A DNA stretch of 64,000 nucleotides from the human T2T-CHM13v2.0 reference genome, Homo sapiens. The stretch lies in assembly GCF_009914755.1 (NCBI RefSeq), contig NC_060933.1; one strand, written 5' to 3'. The number at the start of each line of letters is the position of its first letter. The first letter of the stretch is position 1. The position numbers were made by a program, and so were the translations under genes. This document shows, one piece after another, positions 37,991 to 55,590 of this stretch. Below the pieces are notes generated by a model. The model ran no database searches. It was given only the letters and a program-made list of their open reading frames with translations, and was not told the origin of the DNA.

Positions 37991-39869
37991 CTCCAATTGG
38001 ACTTGACACCAAAAGCACAGGCAACAAAGGCAAAAATAGACAAATGAAGCTACATTAAACCTAAACACATCTGTGCACTGAAGAATACTTCCTTCAAGAA
38101 AAGCTGCAGGTTTTACTGCCCATGCAAGAATGTCACCTGTTTTTACCTGTAAAGAAAAAGTACCTGTTTTTACCAGCTACAGTAGCAGCTTTTCATCAAC
38201 GAAAGATCTCCTAGTTGCCTACCTGGTCATTTTCTAATGCTTTTAAATGGTGTTTTTAATAATTTCATGTTGTTTTATTCTTGATTTCTGTGGAAAGGAA
38301 TTACCTGACTTCCTCACCCTGCTATTATCCCAGGACATATTAGGAAGGTGGAGCCAAAAAGGATTTTCTGGCAAACTGGATGTGGATACAAAACAAAAAC
38401 AGTAGTCAAAGATGATCCTGAGACTTTCCATTTGAGCAAGCAGAAGAATGGAGTTGTCACTGAAGACTATGAGAAGAACAGACAACTGGAGGAAGGTCTG
38501 GAATTCAGTCTCTGACGTTACATTTGAGATGTCCATTAAACATTCAAGTAGATACTGTCATGGATGTTTCAGAGAATGACAGCTGTACTGGCCAGGAGAA
38601 TGAATTAGATAACCAATAAGGTTCCCTCAAAAGCTCAGTTTGGATGAATTCTACACCCAGAAATAAATGGTTCAGTAATACTTGTTATCAAAGTTCAGAG
38701 AAGCAAAAGCTCACTGAAGCAGGGGATGAACAAAGAAAAAGGACTTAAAAGATAAAACTGAGATGGCCAGGCAAAAGATGCTACGCAAAGGGACCAAGAA
38801 GGAAAAGTAGAATAGAAGTGTAGAAGAGAGGAGAAAGGAAAAAAAAAGACCATACTAATGAAAGAACTGGAATGTAAGATTGCACAGTAGCAGGTTTAAG
38901 CAAAATATGACAAAAAGCCTCTAAATAAGTCTGCACAGTATATATACGTGACTATACATAATTAATATCCAAAGAACAGATAGGAACTATACAAAGACTG
39001 AAACAGAAGTACTAGAAGAGATTTTTAGAAGCAAATAAGATAGCTTGAGGGTGTACTGAAGCTGAGACTAAGAATAGGACTTCCAAGCAGAGATGCCACT
39101 GAAGAAATAGTGCAGTTCTTTAGCAAATTGGTTAATTAGATTATCAATTATAGTTACCAACATGTCTCTATGGGAACTAAAGGAATAAAAAAAATTTTGT
39201 ATCCATGATTTCACATAAGCTTCACCAACTCCTTGAAAAGAACATACCAAAATCTGGGTTGTGGAGTTCAATACGGTTCAGATAAAATAAAGATTAAAAT
39301 GTACCATAAAAGTGGGGGGGAAATCTTGTCAGACTTGATAAGCCTAAAAAAAATAGTAAGAGATATCACTATAAAGATAACATTTTAGGTGTTCTTTAGA
39401 GAATAATTTTCTTTGATGAGATGAAAATGGGGAAAGGAAATGTAAGCTGGAAGGACCTGGAAAGCGAGAAATAAAGGTGCTATGGTATATATCAGCAGAA
39501 GGATCAATGAGACAAGGATGGAAGGTGGTAATCAGCAAATTCTGATCTAGTGAAGAATACTAACTAGATTAGAATTCATAAGACCAGATCCTAATTCTCC
39601 TATTAAACTAAAAAAAACAAGCGCCACTTGTTCTTCATTATCTCATTTTTTTCATTTGTATTTACTCCCAAGGGTTTCGATAAAATAAAAATGCATGTAA
39701 AAGAGGTCTGAAAAGAAAATATACTAGGCAAATTCATGGCAAAATTAGTAATATACAAATCATAAATCCTTTAGCTATTGTACATACTTTTAAATCAAGT
39801 TAACATTTTCCATGCCCCTTCTGCTAGCTTTTTATCCAGACTACAATTCTAACAATTAAGGGTTTATTA

Positions 39870-40028
<159 letters not shown>

Positions 40029-42059
40029 TTATCTTTAAAGTAGAACTTTAAAAATACATATACTCAATTGTCATAAAGACAAAACAGGATCTCCAGCATG
40101 GCAAAGCAAATTATGGCATAATAATTAAAGCAATAAAAGCTTTAAGCAACTTTAAAAACTTCACAGTACTCATTACTGCTGTTGTTATATAGTTTATTAC
40201 TGTCATAGCTAAGAAAAAGGCAGTCGATTTCAACATAATCCATATCTATGTTCAAATTCTCAAACTATAGGATATCTATGTTTCAAATTGTAATTTATAA
40301 CCTGGTAAGTATTCTAAACAAAATATTGACAATCCATTAGCTGACCTAAAATCTTATGAAGCTGTATCATCAGTTTAACAAATACACACGACTTTAGCAA
40401 AAGTATATACAGATAGTATTTATAATACTTATAATACAGGCATGGACTAAAAAATACAGATAAAATTGGAGCAAATTAAAAGAGGAGTTGCATTCAAAAT
40501 ATTTTTTCCATTTGATATCATTAGAATTACAAAAGCAGTAATAAAAAAATCTAATGTTAAGGCAATGACAAATAACAAAGATAACAGTTGCCCAAGGAGC
40601 GAGGGGTTGGGAGGTGAATGCACAATCAAGGAGGGGCACAAAACAGCCTTCAGGTTAATTTATTAAGGGGGGAGTCATTGGTAGATAGTCTTTACATCTT
40701 TTTATGTTTGAAATATTTCATAATACATAATAAAATGCTTTTTAAAATCTGATATTCTACTTGAAGTTTCTATTCTTCTGAAAACATAAGCTTTATGACA
40801 TGACTATAATTGATATAATCAATGTAGTAGCTGTTTCTTAATCAGTTATTAAAACTGTGCTTTCCCTAAATGCTATCTGACATTATCTTGCTATAACTTC
40901 CTTCATCTTTCACAACCACAAATAATCCTACATTTTAAACAACTTGTGTTTTCAGAATATATACTTGATAGATTGCTAGAATTCCTTTCATGCAAAGCTA
41001 CCATCTAACATTTCAAAACTACATTTAACTAGATTAATAACTGCTGAAACACCACAATGCACTGCTCAACCCCAAGGTGAGCAACAGCATTGCTAAATAA
41101 GTTATTCTTAATTTAGATCTGATTTATGCTCTCCAGTGAATTAAACATCCAAAAGCAAAGAATGTTGGTTAAAAAAACAACATGAGTTCTGCAGCATTTA
41201 CTTTCACTTGACGTTTATAAGCTTGTGCCCCCCTTATCTGTTTTTCATCAAGGGCACTGTCACTAAGAGATCAATGCTAAAGTGAACTCAAAGATAAAAA
41301 GTTAATCTTTAATCTTGACAATTACAGCTTCAAACAGAAGAGTTAATTTTCAGTGCATGCTACCAAGGCATCAAAGACAATGCAGAGACTTAAAAAAAAG
41401 GAATAACAGGTTTCTAAGATATGGAAGGTCAGATGTCATATTCTGAAGTTAAATTCTAAAATCAATGAAACTGAAAACTTTCAATCAGAAACCAATTGAA
41501 AACTAGTTATCAAGGCAGCTTCCTGGGGAAAGAGCTAGGTTTGTATCACTCCTCTTTGTATCTCCAAAATCTAAGTGCTTAGCACGTGGTAAGCATTCAA
41601 TTACTATGTGTTTGAATAAGCAAGCATAAATAAAATAATTTCAGAATTAAGACTGTATTTGTATCCACAAATTACAATTTCTGAAAATAATGTAGAGCCT
41701 CTATTTTTTTTTTTCAGAAAAGTCATATCCTGAAATGTATTTTTAAATGTAAATGATATTCTACTTAGAAACATGTTTGAGTATTTTTAACATATAAAAC
41801 ATAGAATATTCAAAAACATATTAGGTACATTAACATTACAATATCCAATTTTTTAGTTTTAAGTTAGGGTAAAATTTTTCTATCACAAGCCATAAAGGTT
41901 GAAAAAAATTCAGTCACCTAAATAAAAACGTATATCCAAGGGATGACAGTGAGGGTTGGATGTTTCATTGAAATTTAAAATAAACAAAATTATTTAAGAT
42001 GCTCAAAAAAGAAGCTAAGAAGTTGTTGTTTTCGTCACATGTGGCCAGTTAAGTTAGCT

Positions 42060-42365
42060 GAGAACAGGACAAGAAGGGAGACAGTAAGAGAGAGGAAAGA
42101 GTGGGAAAGAGAAACAGAGACTAAGATTTATTCAAGAATAAAAGGAAACAGAGAAGGTCAAGCAAAAAAAAAATGGGGGCACGGGGAGTTGATACATAAA
42201 ACTAAGGACGAAAAGAGGAAAAAAAGCGAAGAGGATAAAAAACTTAGATGGAGGAAAAGATGAACCAACTCCCAGAAAGACTGAATAGAAAAAGACTCAC
42301 AAAGAAACAGCAACTCGGAGAGATAGGAAGAGAAACATAAAGAGAGGAAGCAATGGAGAAGGGGA
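42060..42365 (+). repeat. GA-rich low-complexity tract (CU-rich in the pre-mRNA)
   Basis: Strong purine strand bias by eye. Confidence 0.75.
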
Positions 42366-42825
42366 CCAAAGGCCAGACGTGCTATCTCACGAGGCTGATC
42401 CTGTCCCACGTTCTGCTTTGGGCAAAGGAACCCAATCCACCTGCCCTCGCATGGAAATTACCAAGTCTCTAAATGTCCCCAATCTTTCCATGCTGAAAGA
42501 CTGAGAAGTTACTTTAATTTTTAAAGTTTATTTTTCAAAAAAAAAGAAGTAATTTTAAAATGACATTCCAAATGTTTCAAATGTGAATGAAGGGCATGCA
42601 TTTTTTAAATTTAGAGATGTCAGTAAATTTATAGTTACACCAAAAGATACTCTAAAACTTCTACACTAACTGGCCTATTTATCAAGCTATTAAGAAAGTA
42701 TTCCACTACTGAGTTTTTCTTCTCTTTCATTATTCTGGGCCTATATATTTTTCATTTTGCTTTGTTTTTAAACAAAATTCCACTTGAGTTTTAGTGCAAA
42801 TAATCAATACTAAGAAATAAAACAA

Positions 42826-43162
42826 AGCCAGGTGCAGTGGCTCACACCTATAATCCTAACACTTTAGGAGGCTGAGGCAGGCTGATCACTTGAGCTAAGG
42901 AGTTCAAGACCAGCCTGGGCAACATAGCAAAACCCCATCTCTACTAAAAATACAAAAAAAAAAAAAAAAAAAAAAAAAAACAAAAAAAAAAAAACACCAG
43001 GCATGGTGGTGCACACCTGTGGTCCCAGCTACTTAGGCGGCTGAGGTGGGAGGATTGCTTGAGCCTGGGAGGTGGAGGTTGTGTAGTGAGTCAAGATCAC
43101 GTCGCTGCACTCCAGCCTGGGTGACAGAGTGAGATCCTGTCTCAAATTTAAAAAAAAAAAAA
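42826..43162 (+). mobile_element. AluJ with a central A-linker expanded to about 40 nt
   Basis: Canonical dimer; TSD aagaaataaaacaa. Confidence 0.92.
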
Positions 43163-45061
43163 GGAAAAGAAATAAAACAAGTAACTCTTGAGAAATGGGT
43201 TACATTTCAATTAACCCATGTGTGCTCTCTCACCCTCTCTTCTCTTGAATTGGTTTCCTAATTCACTCCACTTGAAATTTCTACATACCAACATTACCCA
43301 GTGCTGCAATTTTCTGACTTTGAGATGTAATGTAATAAAATAGTTCTCAACTTATGTATGTCCTTTCTTGGAATGTACCCGCTCAAAATCTCAAGCAGTT
43401 ACTCTATCTTTACACCAATGCTTTACTATGTTATATGGAATCATCAAAGGAAAGAAAAAAAGGACTTGATCTTAGAGATCTTTTAAAATTAACTCGATGA
43501 TTCAGTTATGAAGTAGTCTCATAAATTAGGTAATCTAGCTCATTTAGTCCACTGAAGGTTAAATCAAATTTAATCCAATGAATTTAATTCTCCTTTCCCC
43601 CATCTCTTGAGGGCAATTTCATTTCAATATAACACAAATTGAAGAAAAGTACAAAATCATCGCTTGAGCCCAAGTTCACAGTTGCAGTGAGCTTTCATTG
43701 TGCCACTGCTCCAGCCTGAGCAACGGAGCAAGACCCTGTCTCTAAAAAACAATTAGAACAAATAAAAATTTTTTAGAAACCACATTCTTTGGTCAAAATT
43801 TTAAAACGTGACTTATATTTGCACATCATTTGCCAAGGATTGAACTCACTTACCCATACTAGTTTTATAGGGAATGGAGACATACACAACCATGTGAGAG
43901 TGTGGGAGTGTTTATTTTACACAATGCTTCCTTTCAACTCAACTTTAAAACTTTAGGCATTGTCAAGTCTCCCCTCTCCTCTATTTCAACAGAAAAAAAT
44001 GAAATCCTAACCCATCCAAAAGTCTCATTTTGATCTATTTTCAAGAAGTACTACATCTTTCTTAAGGCCTGATATAATATTTCCACAAAAGACATATATA
44101 TAGTTTTATTATGTTTAAACACAACATATATAAATGATGTCATCTCTTGCTATCTGTCCTAGAGATTCATTGAAATTATTATTTTTTTAAGAAACAGAGT
44201 CTTGCTGTCACCCAGGCTGGAGTGCAATGGTGCAATTATTGCTCACTACAACCTTGAATTCCTGGGCTCAAACAATCCTTCTGCCCTAGCATCCTGGGTA
44301 GTTAGGACTACAAGTGTGTGCCACAAGGCCTGGCTATTTAATTCATTAAAATTAATTTAAACATTACGATATGTGGACTATATGTCGAGGTACAACATTC
44401 CTAATGTATCTGGATTAGCCTTTATTGAAGTTATTAAAAGTGTGCCTATTATAATGCCATACCAATCATGTGAAGCATTTACCATAGACACAACCTCATA
44501 CCTTGGAGAAAACACAAAATTCGATGTCACAGGTCATGACTACTATCTGTTTTAAGTTAAAAATAAATTTTGAAATACTAGTTATTTAAAAAAAGACAAT
44601 ATATAAAATTATCTGCCAAGGAAACCATACAAATATTTCACAGATTTGTCTTTTTAAAAAATTCCTGTGTCTTTTATAGAAAAAGTATCAAACAGAGAGT
44701 TCTCTCTTGCCCTTACAATAACTATTGCCTAATGTGTTTTCACACATCAAAGGAGACTAGAATATCAGGCTGAGCCACATTTACAGAACTGGATTTACAG
44801 GGGACAAAAGGACTATGAGACAGAACTTCTTACAAACACCTGAGCAAGGAGATACCATCCATATCCTAGACAGCCTTTGCTGAGTTTTTACCAAATTATA
44901 CTGTGATAGTATTCATGCTTCACAACCTTCCATAGCTTATAATTAAAACTTTGAAAACAAAAACTTAGTTTGACACATGGACAGAAACATAGAGTGAAAA
45001 AGGCGATACAGGGGCATTACGGAATTCAATAGTAAAAACCAACATCTGGGTGTTCATTTAC

Positions 45062-45085
45062 CTTCTTATTTAGCCAGTGCCAGAG
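45062..45085 (-). CDS. TMEM245: TMEM245 24-nt microexon (exon 7), LWHWLNKK
   Basis: cctatcctcaag|CTCTGGCACTGGCTAAATAAGAAG|gtaaat; phase 0-0; long upstream pyrimidine tract; peptide matches recalled TMEM245 between VDSK and MIIW. Confidence 0.9.
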
Positions 45086-46144
45086 CTTGAGGATAGGGGG
45101 TAAGGTGAGAAAGAGAAGATAAGAACAGTGGAGTATCATTAGAGAATGCAACCATAGTATGAAAAGAAAAGGAAAGCATGAGAAGGAAACCATCCCAGAC
45201 AAAGGAAAAACTAGGGACGGAAAAACTGTAACACATCAAAGTTTTAAAATCAACGGAATGTAGTATTCCTTTAAGATATATAATGATTGAAATGATGATA
45301 ACCACATCTTTGTTGGGAATCCAACAATTAAAAATACATAAAATAACCTGCATGCTCGTAGGCTTAGTGTCTCCATGCCTTTGCACTGCTCCGTCTGCTT
45401 GCCCTTCTGGCCATGTCTACCTAAGAAACTCCCGCCTGTGCTTCAAAACTTGCTCCAGTATCACTTCCTCTGCTAACCTTCCCTTTCTCATGACCCTATG
45501 AACAGTGAGTCATTTCTTGCTCAGTGCTGCCACTGTATCCCATACACACTTTTCCTACACAAATTCCTAATACTTACATAGAGCTCACTGTGTACCAGGC
45601 AATAATCTAGGGATTTTACATATATTACCTCATTTAACCCTTACCACCATTCTACAAGGTAGGTGCTATTGTACCTATTTTACTGGTATGGAAACCAAGG
45701 CACAGAAAGGTTAGGAAACTTCATGGATTCATAGTCCATGCTCTTTAACCACTAAGGCTCTAAATCTAACCGCCATCTCTGAATTTTTATCAACTGCTGT
45801 CTTTCCCCAATAAACAAGGCTTCTGTATCTGGTTTTCCATGATTCATCTGATTTTCCGTAGGACTTAATACAGTATCTGACATATGGTAATTACTCCAAA
45901 AATATTCACTAAACTGAGCCACTACCTAGCTACATAATTTTAGGCAAGTCGCTTAACCTCTCTGGATTTCAATTTGGTCCTAATATAATGAAGGAATTAA
46001 ATCAGAAAATCCATTTCTCCCATTTTTATGAGGAAAAAATACTTACACAAGCCTTATTTAAAGTAAACCCATCTTATCCTTGTGTAAACCATAATTTTAA
46101 ACATTAAACTTTCATCATAGAATTAGATATTACATGTGTTATCA

Positions 46145-46495
<351 letters not shown>

Positions 46496-47612
46496 CTAAA
46501 ACAACAAAGCTAGTATGAAAAAGAAGATCAATGTTAAAAAGCAGGGTGGGACTCAAAGTACTCCCCACACAGATGGAATTGGACCAAGTAACTTTTCAAA
46601 CCATCCCCACCTGCCTATATATTATCTTCTTCCTGAAGTCTGAATCCTTGTAGAGTCAGGGATTATTTTACAGCCCACATAAACAAAAGATAATCTCATC
46701 GTGAAGATTTCAGTGACTACAATTCTGGCCCCTTGCATATTCCCCCTTCCTGGGTAAATAATACAAACCCCTGACATTTCCTCATCTCCTTGGCTTTTAT
46801 AGCTGTTCTTGTCAAATATTCTTCTTTTCCTTAGTTGCTCGTTATTTAGTGACCAGAAAAGTATAAGGTATTCCATACGCATCATGATTTTGTACCACTG
46901 CAGAGTAATGTTGTTCCTATTTCCCCATTTGATGCTGCTCTCAACATCTGAACAGATGCCAGGGTTCAGTAGAGAAGCAAGCTGAATACTAGCAGGGCTG
47001 CTACAAATGGCCCAAGGCTGTGCACGGCAACTTCAGTGGGGACCACTCTCAAACCACACTGTCTCCTCCTGGAGTTGGGCAGTGAAGTGGCTCTTTAAGC
47101 AGAGGTTAAGCTTCCTGTTAGAAGCCAATTAAGAAGGTGGTAGGGCCAGAAAGAAGTGTTACTCAACTGTGAGGCTTGCCTTCAAGTTTGGACCCTGTAT
47201 CTCAATCAGTACATAATTTCCCTAACTCTAGAGATTTGTGTTCTTAGCTCTGGCCTTGCAACCTAAAGGTTCACAATTTGCTGTTTTGAACCATGAGCTC
47301 AGTGTTACACACAAGTTCAACAATTCCTTTATTACCATTTTTAAATCCCTACAAAAGCCCTAAAAGAACTCCTATAGTTTCAGTAAGTCCAGGGTAATTA
47401 CAAGCTGTAGAAAAGCTTTTAGGGGCCACCTTATTCACAGCCTGCTGTCCCAAGATCATGTCAAATTCCTATGATGACTAGAAGGTTAAGCTATAACTAA
47501 GAGAAATGAAATTCCTGCTAACAAACTTTAAGGAAAAGAGAGTTGCAACAGCATTTGACACACAGTTTGCCAGCATAATAAAATCATCTGGAAAAAAAAA
47601 AGTATGGAACAG

Positions 47613-49848
<2,236 letters not shown>

Positions 49849-49907
49849 TTACTATTTAAATGCAAACATAAGATTGTTTTACTTTGCAAGACGGTAAATG
49901 TATCTCA

Positions 49908-50297
<390 letters not shown>

Positions 50298-51994
50298 CTA
50301 GCCTGTTTCAGGCCTTCAAAATGTGCTGATATGGTATGATTACATCGGGTTAAAAAAGACAAAAATATTTGGACCTATGTTTGCATATGCACTGAAAAAC
50401 ATGGAGAATTACAATGCCAATAGAGCTTTAATTTAGGAAGACTAAGTTAGTTGGTGATAGAATTGGGAGTCGTTAAAACAAAATACATGACAAAGTAGCT
50501 GAGAATTATAATTATCCCATAAAACTTATTCAAACTATTTAAAGAAACAAATGCTAACATATACTAGAATTTCTATATTTAAAAATCCCTTTTCTTTCAA
50601 TAGAACTTTAGATTAGGTGTATTTATATACATTTCTGACACAAGAAGACTTTTCAGTGTTATTTCACCTAAAATGGAACCAACCAATCTTACAAGAACCC
50701 AGGGCTTTCAAACAGAATATATAAACATGAATGAGATACAAAAACAATGACAGATTTCTTGGGTGAGGATTTTCAAATAAAGGAAACCATACTGGATTAT
50801 TTCACATAAGACACTGTTTTCTAACAATGCAACCACCATGTTACATTTTACTATAGGGTGCTATTATTTCTATTTCCTAGTTTTAATAAGATATACCATA
50901 CACATCAGAAATCATAAAACTCTTAAAGTAGTATTACTCTATATATACTATAATAATGAAAATTATTAAGATCCTAAAACTTGCATTTTGCCTTCCATTA
51001 GAAAAAAATGTTAATTACAAAAGTATGTCACGTTGAATGTGTGGATTGTTAATTACAAAAGTATCATACGTCAGAAAAAAAGTCTAGAAAAAAGAGAAAA
51101 GAAATAAGAACTCCCATAATCCCAACCTCACATTTTCCCCCTGGTCTTTTACATAGTTGTAGCATGTTCTACTTATCCTTTCTCATTCTTTCTCTTCAGT
51201 TGAAAGTCAGCTCCACCAGAGCTAAGACCTTGTCTGTTTTGTTCTCCCTCCACTGAATTCCTGGCACATACAATAGTATCTCATATATAGGAGGTGCTCA
51301 CTAAATAAGTGAATGAATGACTTCCCTGTTGTTTCATAATTTTCATAAGCAATCATACAGTAGCCCACCAAGTGCTGTATCATAATTTCCTTAGTGTTTT
51401 TAATGTTAAAAGTTCAGCTATGAGTCAATTTTTACTACTGAGATCACTTGCACCCTGGTAAGTCAGCTCACCTCACTAGGACCAACATTCTACCCTTAAA
51501 AGTGCAGGGCTAAAGCCCAAGCTAGTTAACAGATGCTTTTGTTTGACTTTGCTCTGAGTTATCTTTCTAATTTGGAAACTTCATGATGGTGGGTGTGACA
51601 GATATTTGGAAGAATGAGTCCAAAACCAAAATATCATTTCCTCTCCACTTTGGAAACATAATTCCATGTGCAAGAAAAATAAGTGTTCCTACTACACCAA
51701 ATTCCTTTATCTTAGCTGACATTTCTAAAGTCAGTTCTTCAAGGAGAATTCACTCTAAATATTCCCTAACTCCAAATACCTCTGGCACTAATGGATCTCT
51801 CAGCACAGACTAAGGTGGCCTTTTACATTCTGGAACTCTGCAAGAGTACAGCATGACTCTACAGCTGGTATATCTACCAGCTGGATTCCTCAGGAGCCTG
51901 CAATTCCCAAAGCCAGGCCACACAGGACAACGAGTCCAAAACAACCAGAGGGGTCTGTTTGAGGGGTCAATATATTAACACATGAAGCATGCAA

Positions 51995-52435
51995 ACTTTC
52001 AGAGAAAGAATGACAGAGAAATGGATGACTGCAAGATGGAAAATAAAAGTCTTCCCCAAAAAAAGGGTTGGGAAAAGGGAACAAAAGAAAGAAAAAACAA
52101 CAGGAAGAGATAGGGCAAAATAAAATCATGGAGGAGAACTGACAGTTGTAGAAGAAAGAAATGGAAAATAAGAAATCAAGATAAGATATGCGTAAAGTGG
52201 AGGGAAATGTGGGAAAGGTAAATGGAGACGGAGAAAAGGAAAATAAGAAAAACAAAAGCAATGAATAACAGAAGAAAAATAAGAAAAGCCTTTTTTAAAA
52301 AGGAAAGAACAAAGAACCAAGGTAAGAAACTCAAGAAGTTACATAATTACATGTATTTAAAAAGTGATATATGAGAACAAAGATGAGAGGGAAAAGGGCA
52401 TAAAAATAGGAACCAAAGAGAATAAATGAAGGATC
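51995..52435 (+). repeat. GA-rich low-complexity tract just downstream of exon 4
   Basis: Strong purine strand bias by eye. Confidence 0.75.
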
Positions 52436-52534
52436 AGCAGGAGTAAGTAGCATTTTGTGATGCTGGTGTCCTGAATTTTACTTTCTATGTACATTTCATT
52501 TTCCAGAATAACCTTGAATGTCACCAGAACATCA

Positions 52535-52687
<153 letters not shown>

Positions 52688-55259
52688 TTAAAGTAGGAAA
52701 TAATGGCTGCAAATTTAAACACAGTCCAACATTTTCAACAACAACAAAATAAAATGGTTACTACTGACCCACTGAATAAGTGGTTCTTCACCAAGGAAGA
52801 ACCATTAAGAATTGACATGAAAGTGTGCTAAAAAAGCAAATCCCTTGACTCTCTGTATACCTTCCTCCTTTGGGAACTTAATGCTGGTGGATGTGGCAGA
52901 CACTACACATGTAAACTTGGAGTCCCACACTTACATTTGTTAACAAGTTGATTTTAATGCATACTTCTATTGAAAAACACTACCACATCAAGTCTGTGAG
53001 CTCCCTGATCTGACTGTCTTAGGCTATGTTGTATGACTAGGTCTCATGTTAGTACGAGATAATCCACAATTGGTGGTCATAACAACATTCCACAAATGAG
53101 TATGCGAATATATGGCTATTATGCAAAACCATATAGATTTATAAATTACATAACTCAGTACAGGCAAAATCCACCACTTGAAAATCTAAAGGAACATCAT
53201 GACGTTGTTTCACATTATATATTTCCATGTTAAATTCCTAATAGGTAGTACCAAGCTCAATCATTTGCACTAAATTCAAGTAAAACATTCACTGGCAAAG
53301 GAAGTCTGTCAACCTTTAACCTTCTATAGCAGACAAGGAAGAATAGCTCACATAGCATCGGGTTCTAGCACACTTTCTTGCACACTAGACTGGAGAGCTA
53401 AAAAAATTGTATTTCTTGGATTCCCCTGCAGCCGAGGTCTCACATGTGACACAGTTTCTACCAAGCAGGTACACCTGTGCAGGACTTGAGAGCCTGAAGT
53501 GGCACACTGTAATTTGAAAGCCAGAGCTCTTGTATCAAACACAGTCAGTCAGGAAGGCATATGGTTTTTCCGCAGCAACTTAGCAGAAGTTCTGATGTCT
53601 GATCTCTAACTTCACGGCGAGCAGCAGCAGCCGTGGCCCTCTGCCCAAACAGTCCTTCAGTGTCACTGAGCATTTCTCCTGATTGCACTGCTTCCACCTG
53701 TGTCAGATTCCAAGATTAATTGTCTGGTCTTTCCAGAAATTCCATGTGCAAAAATTGTAAATGCTAACCAATACCTCCTACTATTTATTTAAACTACCTG
53801 GGGTAGATTCTATTGTTCACAACTAAGAACACTAGCAATTCCTAGTCACCAAATCATACACCCACACTCATACAACTGAGACATTACTTTTGGTAGGCCA
53901 AGACTCCGTATGGCAACATAGGATTCTGTCACCCCAATGAAAAGAGCCATGATCCTTCAGAAAGCCGATGAATTTCAGCTCCAAGTTAATTAACTCCACA
54001 TACCCAAATATCCAAAGCTAGCCCTCTCCCAGATAGCAGCAAGCCAGAGCCTGAGGTGGATCTTTGGTAGATTCAGACATCAGGATAAGAGTACTCACCT
54101 TGCTCAGTCATACTCTGTCCCTCCTCTAATAAATGCCCCTGTGACCTGAAAGAGTTCATTTTTAGATAGGGTATCATATCTCTCAATATGAGAGAAATTC
54201 AAACTCATGGTCTGAGAGGAAAGCGTAAGTTAGATTTCTGGATTAGGACCTTACTCTCCTGGCCTGTGTATCCAAGGTCCTCCTGAAATGCCAATAAGAC
54301 AGAAAGGGCTGACAGAGAAAAACAGTGTCTTTCATTTCTTACATGTACTGTGTGCTGGGGATAAAGACACAGACCCTGCCCCCAGGGAGTATAGTAAAGG
54401 TATGAATTAAATAACCACACAAATAAACGTGTGTATAGAAATTATGGTTGCTATAAAAAGCAATGCTGGGTATCTTGTGACATCCTAACAATATCTTGGG
54501 CAGAAGGAAAGCTGTGAGAAGAACCCGGCATATTAAAGACAGTGAAAGAAGGTCAGTGTGTCTGGAACACAGACAGCTAGTAAGAAACTGGTATCAAATA
54601 AACAAGGCTGGAGAGGTAAGCCAGATGATGCAGATCACAGAACACCACATGAAGGACTTTAGTGTTTATTCTAAGAGGAAGAAGAACGCACTGAAGAGTT
54701 TCAAACAGGATAGTAGTCTTCTTCTCACTGAAATTTTATTGAGATAAAAGTATACTCATATGCAGTTGCAAGAAATAATCCCAGTGTACCACAATTTGTC
54801 CAGTTTCCCCTGACACAAGATACAGAACAGCATCATCACTATAAGGATCTCTCGTGTTGACCTTTTATAACCACACTCAACTGCCTCTCACCCCTCTCAC
54901 CACCCTGTAAATAAATAATCCATTTGAGATATAAGACCATTCTTGCTTGTCTGGAGAAAAAGAGACTAGAGGGGACCTATAACGTATGGAGAAAAGTTGT
55001 TGCAGTACTATAGGCAAGACATGATGCCAGTGTGGTCTACAGCCACAACAGGGGAAACAGGGAAAAGCGGCTGTGTTAAAGAGACGTAGAAGAGTCAAAG
55101 CGGACCACACTTGATGAGGAAGCAATGAAGGGAATCAAAGAGACGAAGGTATCCCGGTTTCCAGACTATGGTTAGGTAGAGAATATATAGCAGAGCTGGA
55201 TGAAGATTCTTGGCATATTAGAGTTATTTTTAGACTTTCAGATAGAAGTTCCACAAACA

Positions 55260-55590
<331 letters not shown>

